IMG/VR virus record: IMGVR_UViG_2695420411_000003
DNA: 19,873 nucleotides
DNA from: a virus
Lineage: Duplodnaviria > Heunggongvirae > Uroviricota > Caudoviricetes
Reading direction: 5' to 3' (one strand)
The translations under genes and the position numbers were made by a program. Below, piece after piece: positions 1 to 7,869 of this stretch; the first letter of the stretch is position 1, and the number at the start of each line of letters is the position of its first letter. The notes beneath the pieces were generated by a model. The model saw only the letters and a list, made by a program, of their open reading frames with translations, did not search any database and was not told where the DNA came from.

Positions 1-584
1 CCGTCACCACAGTAAATGGCGGCATGATTCGGCACCGATGAACCAAAACAGCACAGCAGCACATCGCCCGGTTGTGCTGATGACAACGGCACCTGATACA
101 GCCCTGTGGCCTCCAGATTATCCAGATAGAGATTCTGACCGTGACGCCACCAGTCATCCTCGCGATGAAAATCCGGCATCTCAATCCCCGCCAGATGATA
201 AGCATCCCGGAACAGCGTGTAACAGTCCGTCACCCCGTGCTCAAAGCGCCGCCCGGTGAGATGCGGCACACAGCGGAACTTATGAATCGCCCCCCGGCAG
301 ACCAGCAACCACGGCAAATCACTCTGCACCTGCAGCCGCCGGTCAGCCTCACTCAGCCAGGGCAGACCACCGGGGTGGCTGTGGACCAGCGCCACAATCT
401 CACCCTGCATTTCTGCCTGCAGCCAGTCCTCCGGAGCCATCCGGAAATAATCCTCCGGCTCACCGGAGATATTCACGCAGGGAAAATATCTTTCCCCCTC
501 CGGCGTTCTCACCACGAAGCCGCACGACTCCGCTGGCGCACATCGCCGGGCGTGCGCCAGAATCGCTGATTCTGTCTGTGTCAT
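1..584 (-). CDS. K: Tail assembly protein K (lambda gpK-like), 3' end runs off the left edge of the window
   Basis: Reverse complement of 582-584 is ATG; hand translation gives MTQTESAILAHARRCAPAESCGFVV..., matching remembered lambda gpK N-terminus. Sits directly downstream of L as in lambda. Not in the ORF track because no stop lies inside the window. Confidence 0.85.
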   Translation of the reverse strand, partial: MTQTESAILAHARRCAPAESCGFVVRTPEGERYFPCVNISGEPEDYFRMAPEDWLQAEMQGEIVALVHSHPGGLPWLSEADRRLQVQSDLPWLLVCRGAIHKFRCVPHLTGRRFEHGVTDCYTLFRDAYHLAGIEMPDFHREDDWWRHGQNLYLDNLEATGLYQVPLSSAQPGDVLLCCFGSSVPNHAAIYCGD

Positions 585-589
585 GGGAT

Positions 590-1288
590 TTACTGCGAAA
601 GTTTGTTAATGGAAAGGAAGCCGCCAAAGTTGCCGACGTTATTGCGAAACTTACAGCCACTCAGGCATTTGCTGCATTTATCCTTCGTGATATCGGACGT
701 TGGCTGGTCATATTCATCCGCGACCGCCGGACCGTGATAACCGCACTCATCGCCGCGATAGGTCCAGGTGCAGGTGTTGGCCAGCATGATACGTCCCGGA
801 AAAACAGCGCCGTCCGTTTCCGTCGGCGTGGACAGTACAAAAGAGGCACTCACCGCGCTCAGTTCGCTGCACTGCTCAATGCGCCAGCGGCTGATCACCT
901 CCTGCTCCGGATCGGCGTCACTGTTTCCGTTGACGAAGTTCACCGCATCCAGAAAACGGGCGTAAACCTTACGCCGGACCACCGTTCCTCCGACCAGACT
1001 CTGCAGGTCTTCCGCCATCGCGGTGACCATGCCGTGCAGGTTAGAAACCGTCAGTGTCGGACGGGCAGCACTGCCCTTGCCGTTCAGTTCAAATCCCGTC
1101 CCCTGAATGGGATACGCCTGATACTGTCGCCCCTGCCAGGTGATCGGCTCACCTTTTTCGTTCTGCTCATTACAGAAAAAATAACGTTCTCCACCGACCA
1201 CTGTCAGATCGATTTCCCAGAGCACCACCTGGGCTGACTGAGTGAGGCGTGTCGTCTCATGATGTGTTTCCTGTGGAATATCCTGCAT
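590..1288 (-). CDS. L: Minor tail protein L (lambda gpL-like)
   Basis: 232-aa ORF MQDIPQETHHETTRLTQSAQVVLWEIDLT...GFLSINKLSQ, near-identical over long stretches to remembered lambda gpL; position between M and K. Confidence 0.9.
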   Translation of the reverse strand: MQDIPQETHHETTRLTQSAQVVLWEIDLTVVGGERYFFCNEQNEKGEPITWQGRQYQAYPIQGTGFELNGKGSAARPTLTVSNLHGMVTAMAEDLQSLVGGTVVRRKVYARFLDAVNFVNGNSDADPEQEVISRWRIEQCSELSAVSASFVLSTPTETDGAVFPGRIMLANTCTWTYRGDECGYHGPAVADEYDQPTSDITKDKCSKCLSGCKFRNNVGNFGGFLSINKLSQ

Positions 1289-1297
1289 CAGAGACTC

Positions 1298-1627
1298 CTA
1301 TGCCACGACCTGTTCAAAATCTGCCGTTATGGTTACCCACAACGCCCCCACGCTTGCCGACCATTTACGACAAACCACCCTGATCGGCTTCCAGTCATAA
1401 GGTGGCGTCCACTGAAATGCGCGGACGCCACCGTGCCGTTCCAGAAAGGCTTTTAAAGATGGGTGTTCACATTTACGAACACGTATCGTCACGCTGTAAG
1501 TCGACAACTGGTTATTCAGTCCCGCCGCACGACGCTGTTCATAACCATCGCCCAGCTTCACTGTCACCACTTTCGGCTCTGATACCACATTCATATCCGG
1601 GCGCACTTTCCAGTGAAACGTCTCCAT
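1298..1627 (-). CDS. M: Minor tail protein M (lambda gpM-like)
   Basis: 109-aa ORF METFHWKVRPDMNVVSEPKVVTVKLGDGYEQRRAAGLNNQ... resembles lambda gpM; its ATG (1625-1627) overlaps the TAA stop of the tape measure gene by 1 nt. Confidence 0.88.
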   Translation of the reverse strand: METFHWKVRPDMNVVSEPKVVTVKLGDGYEQRRAAGLNNQLSTYSVTIRVRKCEHPSLKAFLERHGGVRAFQWTPPYDWKPIRVVCRKWSASVGALWVTITADFEQVVA

Positions 1628-4600
1628 TACCGATATGCTCCACTTAACCGACCACCATCACGGGCCTGCTGTTGCATAAAGTCCGCTGCCGCTTTTTTCC
1701 CAAGGTCATAAACCACCTTCAGGGCAGCCGGACCTATCTGCCCGTTCGTGCCATCGTTATTGATCTCGATGTTGTACTGCGGGGCAAACATCGCCATACC
1801 TGAACCACCAATATCCGCCACAACCCCCAGCTTACCGTCAGCACCACGACGCAGTGGCAGAATGGCTTCAGGTCCCGCTTCCCCCATCACACCCGCGCCT
1901 TTTGCAAAAGCAAAAAACGTCGGACGGTTAACCACCGTGCCACTGTAACGACTCAAATCAGCAGACTGATAAATCCCCCCATTGGCATTCAGGGAAAGGC
2001 TGCTGAGATCAAATCCCAGTACACTGCCAATCCCTTTTATCGATTTCATCATGGTTGCCTGCGCCAGGATTTTCGCCATATCTGACAGCACCGAAGAGGT
2101 GAAGGATTTGAAGTTGAGTTTGCCGGTAGTGACAAAAGTTGCCAGGCCATTTCCCATGTTGCTGAAGGCTGACGAGAACACCTGTTCTGCTGTTCCTGCC
2201 GTATTGTCTGCATCCACGGTAAAATCCTGAAATGCACGCAGGACTCCGTTTTTCCAGTTACCCTGCACAACTTCAAGCTGTTGCCAGTAACGGCGATTCT
2301 CATTCAGTTGTCGGTTCAGGCTCTCCGTCAGCGCCTGCTCGGCCTTTCTGTAGTCATCCGTGTTATATGTCCCTTTCTGCTCACTATCCCGCCTCAACTG
2401 CTCCAGCTGTTGCTGGTATTTCTGGCGAAGACTCAGTTGTACCTGATATCGCTGCCGCTGCTGATCACCCATACCCACCGTGGCGATATCCAGGTCATGT
2501 TGCTGACGCTGAGCGAGCTCTTCTTCAGCCAGTTGACTGGTCAGCTGAATTGTTTTTTTCTTCAGATCGTTGAGTGCCGTCTGTTTCTGAAGCTCCTGCT
2601 GTTTTACATCCAGCAGCGTCAGTGCCTGAATCAGTTCATCTTTACGGGCCAGCACACTCTTTTCATCTGCCGTCAGTTTTTTCCCGTCCAGATCGCTGAT
2701 GCGCTGCTGCAGAGCCAGAAGCTGTTTATGCGCTTCTGTCATCTTTTCAGTGGCAATGCCTGCTGACTGTCTTGCAGCAGCAATCTGTCCTTCCACCTGT
2801 GCCTGTTGCTGACTGTACTGCAGCAATAACCGGGTGGCCTCATCATTACGGGTTTCGCGTGTTTTTTTCTTACCGGATGCCAGGGCTTTCTCGTAACGTT
2901 CATTTTCACGTTGTATCGCTGCATCCCTGACAGCCTGATCGGCGTACTGCATGGCATTAATACGCGCAATTTCACGCTGATGTCGTGCTGCTTCCGTTTC
3001 ATTCATCCGGTTCAGTGCAGCATTTTCAGCATTACGTCGTTTCTGTTGCTCCTGATAATTCCGCTCTGCCTGCTCTTTTGCATCCTGCAAATCCTTCTGG
3101 CGTTTTTTCTCCTGAAGATCGTTAAGACGCTGCTGATCGTATTCAACCTGAGAAGATGATGCCGTCCAGGGGAGTCTTTTCGCCCGCGACACTTTCTCCT
3201 GTAAAGCGGCAATCTGTTCATCCAGCGAGTCTTCACGACCAATATTCATGGCCGCATCCCAGAAACGACTCCATAAATCAGACAGATACTTCAGCGTACT
3301 GCCAAGCGCATTGAGGTTATTATCAATATCCGCAGTACGCCGACCGGTTTCCTCTGCCAGTGCAGACATGGCTATCCGTGCAGCATCACTGGACCGTCCC
3401 TGATCCCCAAGGACACGTATCTGCTCAAGCTGAGTGGCAGTAAGAAAATGCAGCTCATTGTCCAGAGCCTTCGCGGCATTTACAGGATCATCCTTCAGCC
3501 GCTTAAACTGATTTATGGTATCGCTGACCGACTGGCCAACCGATCGCTCCATCTGTGCGGCAGCTCTCGCCACCATACCGATATCGTTTCCACGAAATGC
3601 ACCACTCCCCACCACCTGAGCCAGCACACCGGCTGCAGCATGTTGCGTGATACCATTCCCGGAAATAGCACGACTGAGCGTCCACAGCTGCCCGGCAGTG
3701 ACTCCGGCATAATGCCCCGTCAGCGACAACTGGCGGTTAAATTCTTCCCCCTCCTTCTGACCGTCATACCAGGCTTTACCCAGACCATAGACGGACGCGG
3801 CAATACCGCCAATAACCCCGCCAAGCATCATGCCTTTCGGTGACATCAGAGTGTCTATCCATCCGGCACGGTTAGCCAGCGTTATCCCGGATCCCCTCAG
3901 CGCCCCTAAATTGCCGCGGGCCAGTTCACCTATCAGAACGCCTATCTCCTGGCGGGCCGCTGCACTTTTCAGACCCAGCGAATGCGTGGCTTTTCCTGCC
4001 TGCTCCATTTTGCGGATATACACTTCTGCAGCACTGCTTACCCCCAGCTGGGCAGCCTTAGCACGAAGCAACTCAGAAGAAGAAAGATTCTGGCGGGTTG
4101 CCTGCTCTTTAAGCTGACGGATAAACGCCACTTTCTGTCGGGTAGCCTCTTCCTCAGCCTGCGTAAGAACACGGGTTTTCGCCGTAACCTCAGAAATCAG
4201 CGCCAGATAATCCTGCTGACCAATCCCGCCACTGTTTCTGGCCTGTCGGATCTGCTGCTGAATACGCTGTAATTCCTGCAGCCCCGCACTGGCCTGTTTC
4301 ACACTGTCAATCTGACGATAAAACGCAGCAGCTGCTTTATCCTGAGCCTCCGCCAGAGCCATGGCCTGCGCCTGTTCCTCGCGCATTTTCTGGCTCAGTG
4401 CCTCCATACGCTGGCGGGTTTTCTCCACCTCGCGGGCCATGCGTTCATGAGCCTGTGCGTTCTTCTCCACCGTCTGCGCATGGACGGATGCGGCTGTTGC
4501 AGCCGAAGACGCCGCCTGCGTTGTCTGCCGGGCGGCCTGAGTCTGACGCTCCATAAAACGCTGCATACGGGCAGAAGACCGTTCTGCATCGCTGGCTGCA

Positions 4601-4692
4601 CCATTCAGAAGGTTTTTGATACGGGGAATTTCATTTTTAAACTCTGCCGCATCAATCCCCAAATCAATGACCAGGTTGGCTATCTGGTCCAT
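1627..4692 (-). CDS. H: Tail tape measure protein (lambda gpH-like)
   Basis: Very long ORF (track 1627..4722), Ala/Gln/Glu-rich coiled-coil-like core, Gly-rich segment, between G-T and M. Start placed at internal ATG 4690-4692 (MDQIANLVIDLGIDAAEF, compare lambda H MAEPVGDLVVDLSLDAARF) preceded by GGAGGTG; the track start at 4722 is less likely. Confidence 0.88.
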   Translation of the reverse strand: MDQIANLVIDLGIDAAEFKNEIPRIKNLLNGAASDAERSSARMQRFMERQTQAARQTTQAASSAATAASVHAQTVEKNAQAHERMAREVEKTRQRMEALSQKMREEQAQAMALAEAQDKAAAAFYRQIDSVKQASAGLQELQRIQQQIRQARNSGGIGQQDYLALISEVTAKTRVLTQAEEEATRQKVAFIRQLKEQATRQNLSSSELLRAKAAQLGVSSAAEVYIRKMEQAGKATHSLGLKSAAARQEIGVLIGELARGNLGALRGSGITLANRAGWIDTLMSPKGMMLGGVIGGIAASVYGLGKAWYDGQKEGEEFNRQLSLTGHYAGVTAGQLWTLSRAISGNGITQHAAAGVLAQVVGSGAFRGNDIGMVARAAAQMERSVGQSVSDTINQFKRLKDDPVNAAKALDNELHFLTATQLEQIRVLGDQGRSSDAARIAMSALAEETGRRTADIDNNLNALGSTLKYLSDLWSRFWDAAMNIGREDSLDEQIAALQEKVSRAKRLPWTASSSQVEYDQQRLNDLQEKKRQKDLQDAKEQAERNYQEQQKRRNAENAALNRMNETEAARHQREIARINAMQYADQAVRDAAIQRENERYEKALASGKKKTRETRNDEATRLLLQYSQQQAQVEGQIAAARQSAGIATEKMTEAHKQLLALQQRISDLDGKKLTADEKSVLARKDELIQALTLLDVKQQELQKQTALNDLKKKTIQLTSQLAEEELAQRQQHDLDIATVGMGDQQRQRYQVQLSLRQKYQQQLEQLRRDSEQKGTYNTDDYRKAEQALTESLNRQLNENRRYWQQLEVVQGNWKNGVLRAFQDFTVDADNTAGTAEQVFSSAFSNMGNGLATFVTTGKLNFKSFTSSVLSDMAKILAQATMMKSIKGIGSVLGFDLSSLSLNANGGIYQSADLSRYSGTVVNRPTFFAFAKGAGVMGEAGPEAILPLRRGADGKLGVVADIGGSGMAMFAPQYNIEINNDGTNGQIGPAALKVVYDLGKKAAADFMQQQARDGGRLSGAYR

Positions 4693-5391
4693 AACGCACA
4701 CCTCCGGAAATACCTTCCCCAAGATGCATCAGTTCTTCGTCCGTTCGCTCCGGTATCCCGTTCTCTTCCGGTAAAAGGCTGAAATCAGCCACCGCAGCAT
4801 CACTGCTGCCGGACACCATTCTCACGATCAATGCCTTCAGCGAGGCAAACTGCGCATCCATCCACACATCACTGAAGCTCTGCATCCGGAAATAATCGCC
4901 CCACTCACCAAGCTCAGTGGCCGACATTTCCGACAGCATCCGCCGCCAGTCTGCCCGCCTGAACTCCCGGGCAAGCCGCATGACAAACTGCATTTCCCGC
5001 GTCAGGACTTTTCCGGCGTCAGCACCTCATGCTCCAAATCCCCGGCATTCTCAATGGCTCCCATACCGCTCAGCGACAGAACCATCTCCGCCCCCGCTCC
5101 CAGGGCATCATACGACCATGTTGTAATAACGGATGCGCAAAGCGTCTCAACATCCTGAGACTGTTCCGCATTCCACAGTGAGCGGGAAACCAGCCAGGCA
5201 TTGATATCCATCCCCATCCGCAGAAAAGCAATCTGTCGTTCAGCCTCCGGCAGTTCTCCCTCTTCGGCATCAAACTTTGCCGTTCGCTGCTGAACAAACG
5301 CCAGATATTCAATTCTCTGCAGCCCGGACAGCTCACTGAGCACCACGGACTGCTTTTCATAATTAAACGTGCCCTGTTTCAGAAACATCAT
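4664..5391 (-). CDS. T: Tail assembly chaperone G-T fusion, inferred programmed -1 frameshift (T portion = track ORF 4664..4993)
   Basis: The T frame is offset -1 from G and stays open from a TGA about 18 nt upstream of CCGGAAAAG through to 4664. The only slippery-like element in the roughly 22-nt window where both frames are open is CCG GAA AAG (about 5008-5016). Conserved G/G-T arrangement between major tail protein and tape measure. Confidence 0.65.
5002..5391 (-). CDS. G: Tail assembly chaperone G (lambda gpG-like)
   Basis: Start at ATG 5389-5391 (MMFLKQGTFNYEKQSVVLSELSGLQRIEYLAF, compare lambda gpG MFLKTESFEHNGVTVTLSELSALQRIEHLA) preceded by GGTGGAGAAC. The track N-terminal extension to 5430 would read through the terminator hairpin and is rejected. 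Confidence 0.8.
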   Translation of the reverse strand: MMFLKQGTFNYEKQSVVLSELSGLQRIEYLAFVQQRTAKFDAEEGELPEAERQIAFLRMGMDINAWLVSRSLWNAEQSQDVETLCASVITTWSYDALGAGAEMVLSLSGMGAIENAGDLEHEVLTPEKS

Positions 5392-5404
5392 GTTCTCCAC
5401 CTGC

Positions 5405-5428
5405 AAAAAAGCCCCGGATAACCGGGGC
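5405..5428 (-). terminator. Intrinsic terminator-like hairpin between V and G
   Basis: Plus strand 5411-5428 gccccggataaccggggc is a perfect 7-bp GC stem with 4-nt loop; on the minus strand it is followed by TTTTTT (plus 5405-5410 aaaaaa). Lies between the V stop (5449) and the G start (5391). Confidence 0.6.
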
Positions 5429-5448
5429 AAATGATGAGTATCGTCCTG

Positions 5449-6192
5449 TTAACCTGCGGCGCTGACAGCCACCGCAGCCACTGCCACAAAATCGCCGTCA
5501 GAAGTCATGCCCACAATGCTGACACTGCCCTGCTTCACGCCTTTCACCGTGGCCACAAGCCCGTTCAGGGTCACCGTGGCAGTCTGTGGATCTGTCGAAT
5601 GCACACTGATCGCTTTGTCACTGGCTCCGTCAGGTTTTACTGTAAAGGTCAGCGTGGTGGTTGCTCCCACTTTTACACTGGCAGATGCCGGTGCCACCGT
5701 CAGCCCGGTAACGCTCACTGTTTCAGTGCCTTCCTCTGCCAGATACGGACGCCCCACACCGCTGATTTTCACTGTGTGGGTCATCACGTCTTTTGAGGCA
5801 ATGGTTTTACCCAGTGAGCTCAGCCAGCCACGGAAAACATCAACAGTGCCGTTGGGATATTTGATACGAAACGCGCAGACTTCACCGGAGTCGAACAACT
5901 GAACCAGTTTTTTCTGTCCGCTGTCACCCGGACGCCAGGCCAGCGTCGCCGAAGTATCACCGACGGATTTCTGCCCCTGGGTTGTCGTTTTCCAGTCTGC
6001 ATCTTCATCATCGAGATAAGTGTCATCTTCTGCATCAGCGGTCATTTCGCCAGGTTGCAGATCCTTCACCATCGCAAGACGCAGCCAGTCAGTGTCCGAT
6101 AAAGGGTTCGCAAACGCATCGCCCTTGCCGGTGTACATCCAGAACGTCGTTCCCGCACCTTTCGTTTTTGCCAGTGGATTTGGTGTGGTCAT
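5449..6192 (-). CDS. V: Major tail protein V (lambda gpV-like, with C-terminal Ig-like domain)
   Basis: MTTPNPLAKTKGAGTTFWMYTGKGDAFANPLSDTDW...NGTVDVFRGW... matches remembered lambda gpV. Start placed at ATG 6190-6192 with AAGGAGGTG 5 nt upstream; the track start at 6198 is a GTG. Confidence 0.9.
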   Translation of the reverse strand: MTTPNPLAKTKGAGTTFWMYTGKGDAFANPLSDTDWLRLAMVKDLQPGEMTADAEDDTYLDDEDADWKTTTQGQKSVGDTSATLAWRPGDSGQKKLVQLFDSGEVCAFRIKYPNGTVDVFRGWLSSLGKTIASKDVMTHTVKISGVGRPYLAEEGTETVSVTGLTVAPASASVKVGATTTLTFTVKPDGASDKAISVHSTDPQTATVTLNGLVATVKGVKQGSVSIVGMTSDGDFVAVAAVAVSAAG

Positions 6193-6203
6193 TGCCACCT
6201 CCT

Positions 6204-6605
6204 TTAATTCGTGTACGTGATCTGGTACGTGATTTCCGCCATCGCCCAGGTGGCCATCTCATTATCACGTTGATAGTTAAAACCGAGAGGGATCAGGGTG
6301 TCGATGAGTCCGGAAAGTGCCGGTATATCATTCAGAGCCGGGAAAATGGTGCTCTCCATCCACATATCCAGCTCTGAATCCGGTGCCTGTGCCCGGATGA
6401 AGACAGCAATATGCAGAACAGCCTGCCAGTCATCTTCATCCGTCATTTTTCCGGTGTACTGAGCATCACTCAGCCACACCGCCACGGCAGGCAGTTCCTG
6501 CGCATCAATAAATGCCGGAAGCCCGTCAAAAAACGTGGCGCTGTCTCCACACTGTTCCCGAAGGCGTGCCAGTACGGCCTGGCGGATTTGTGTATGTCGG
6601 TTCAT
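6204..6605 (-). CDS. U: Tail terminator protein U (lambda gpU-like)
   Basis: ORF ...ATFFDGLPAFIDAQELPAVAVWLSDAQYTG...PDSELDMWMES...IPALS...ITYQITYTN resembles lambda gpU. Start chosen at ATG 6603-6605, which overlaps the Z stop as ATGA. Confidence 0.85.
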   Translation of the reverse strand: MNRHTQIRQAVLARLREQCGDSATFFDGLPAFIDAQELPAVAVWLSDAQYTGKMTDEDDWQAVLHIAVFIRAQAPDSELDMWMESTIFPALNDIPALSGLIDTLIPLGFNYQRDNEMATWAMAEITYQITYTN

Positions 6606-7180
6606 CGGGTCAGCCATAACCTCAGTTGTTGTTTCAGTGCATACCCCAGCTGTTTCGGCATTTCCGCAGCAATGATGCGGTCGCGGGCATCTTCAAATGC
6701 CTGTGTCAGCGGTCCGGAAAGCGGGATTTTCACCACATCAATGGGGTAACGATTTTTGCCATCAATACGCCGCATCACATGCCAGCGACCATTCGCCAGT
6801 TGCTGAATAAACGCATCCCGGAAAAGATATTTACCCACCTTCAGCACACTGCCACGGTACTGCAGTTTTCCACCACGCCGGGCCAGTCTGACCCGGGCTG
6901 TCCCCAGCTTAATGGCGGGCAGATTGCCCCGGTTAACGCGGATCCTGGCCGTCATTTTTCCTGACGGACTGGCTTTAAACACCCGGACACGCTGACGTAC
7001 CAGTTTCAGGGGGATCCCTTTCACCTGGTTATCTCCCGCAACGGTATTCCCGGCAACCTGCCGGGTGGCAACCGAGACCGCTTTCTGTGCCACACGGTTT
7101 ATCGCCCATGCGCTGGCCTGTGGCACCATACGGGTATCAAGGCTGTTCAGATTGCGGATGGCATTCTCAAGCCCCTTCAT
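6602..7180 (-). CDS. Z: Head-tail joining / tail completion protein (lambda gpZ-like)
   Basis: 192-aa ORF between FII-like and U, same length and position as lambda gpZ; AGAGGTGTGGG precedes the ATG. Confidence 0.75.
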   Translation of the reverse strand: MKGLENAIRNLNSLDTRMVPQASAWAINRVAQKAVSVATRQVAGNTVAGDNQVKGIPLKLVRQRVRVFKASPSGKMTARIRVNRGNLPAIKLGTARVRLARRGGKLQYRGSVLKVGKYLFRDAFIQQLANGRWHVMRRIDGKNRYPIDVVKIPLSGPLTQAFEDARDRIIAAEMPKQLGYALKQQLRLWLTR

Positions 7181-7191
7181 CCCACACCTCT

Positions 7192-7467
7192 TTACTCAAT
7201 AAAGATCATTGGCTTACCGTTAAAACGTTCATGCCGTGTGACCGTCCATTGTTGTCCGTCATAAACAACGCGATCCCCGCGCCGTGGGCGGTATCCCGAA
7301 GAAAACACCACCAGAGAGACCGCAGGTCCGGACAGAGCATTCAGCTCTGCCAGTGTTTCGCCCGGGATCACAGCCATATCGACATCATTAATCGAGGCTG
7401 TCTTTCCCATCTTTCTGACCGTGATCGCATCCATACGCGCTGCCAGCCGGGAAAAGGGATCAGACAT
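7192..7467 (-). CDS. Head-tail connector protein (lambda gpFII-like)
   Basis: 91-aa ORF in the FII position (between head genes and Z); its ATG overlaps the last codons of the upstream gene by 8 nt. Family assignment is by position and size only. Confidence 0.6.
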   Translation of the reverse strand: MSDPFSRLAARMDAITVRKMGKTASINDVDMAVIPGETLAELNALSGPAVSLVVFSSGYRPRRGDRVVYDGQQWTVTRHERFNGKPMIFIE

Positions 7468-7793
7468 TGAGTTTTACCGGCACTTCTTCTGCACTGGTTC
7501 CGGCATCTGCCCAGACAACCCCGACCAGCGGATCAGAGCCGCTGTTAGTCAGCTGAACTTTTCCGGACTTCAGATAAACCTTCTTACCCGTTTTCATGTC
7601 ATCCGTTTTCAGTTTAGGCAGGATAAACACACCTTCGGTCATGCCGTCGCCTGTTTCACCCTGTGGAATATCGGTCAGCGCCACCGCAAAAACATCACCC
7701 ACCTGCACCAGATCTCCGCTGCTGATGGCTGCACTGGCAACAATCGCCACCGTTTTTCCTTCTTCTACAAAATTCTTTGCCATAACTGTCTCC
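7460..7793 (-). CDS. Small head-associated protein (possible decoration / head-completion protein), function unknown
   Basis: Start placed at internal ATG 7791-7793 (MAKNFVEEGKTVAIVASAAISSGDLVQVGDVFAVAL...) with GGAGA 7 nt upstream. Gly/Val-rich, about 111 aa, immediately after the major capsid gene. Not lambda gpFI-like. Confidence 0.5.
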
Positions 7794-7804
7794 GCACAGC
7801 CCCG

Positions 7805-7858
7805 TTCAGGGGCTGATTTCAGGTACAAAAAAAGCCCTTACGGGCCATCAGAGTTGTT
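7805..7858 (-). terminator. Tandem stem-loops after the major capsid gene, one terminator-like
   Basis: Minus-strand RNA: GGCCC-GUAA-GGGCU followed by UUUUUUU (plus 7837-7856), then a second 6-bp stem AGCCCC-UGAAC-GGGGCU (plus 7808-7826) without a U-tract. Both lie between the capsid stop (7870) and the next gene's RBS. Confidence 0.5.
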
Positions 7859-7869
7859 GTCTGCGACGT

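Noticed and set aside
141-1237. Plus-strand ORFs 141..569 and 578..1237
   Set aside because: They lie antisense to K and L, which are confidently identified on the minus strand, and have Arg/Pro/Ser-rich antisense-like composition.
1748-4782. Numerous plus- and minus-strand ORFs of 60-160 aa inside the tape measure gene (e.g. 2281..2766, 2911..3159, 3448..3843, 4447..4782)
   Set aside because: All are alternative-frame or antisense readings of a long, repetitive, GC-rich coding sequence; none has an RBS or recognisable fold.
5431-6377. Plus-strand ORFs overlapping V and U (5431..5796, 5507..5902, 5982..6377)
   Set aside because: Antisense to strongly supported V and U genes.
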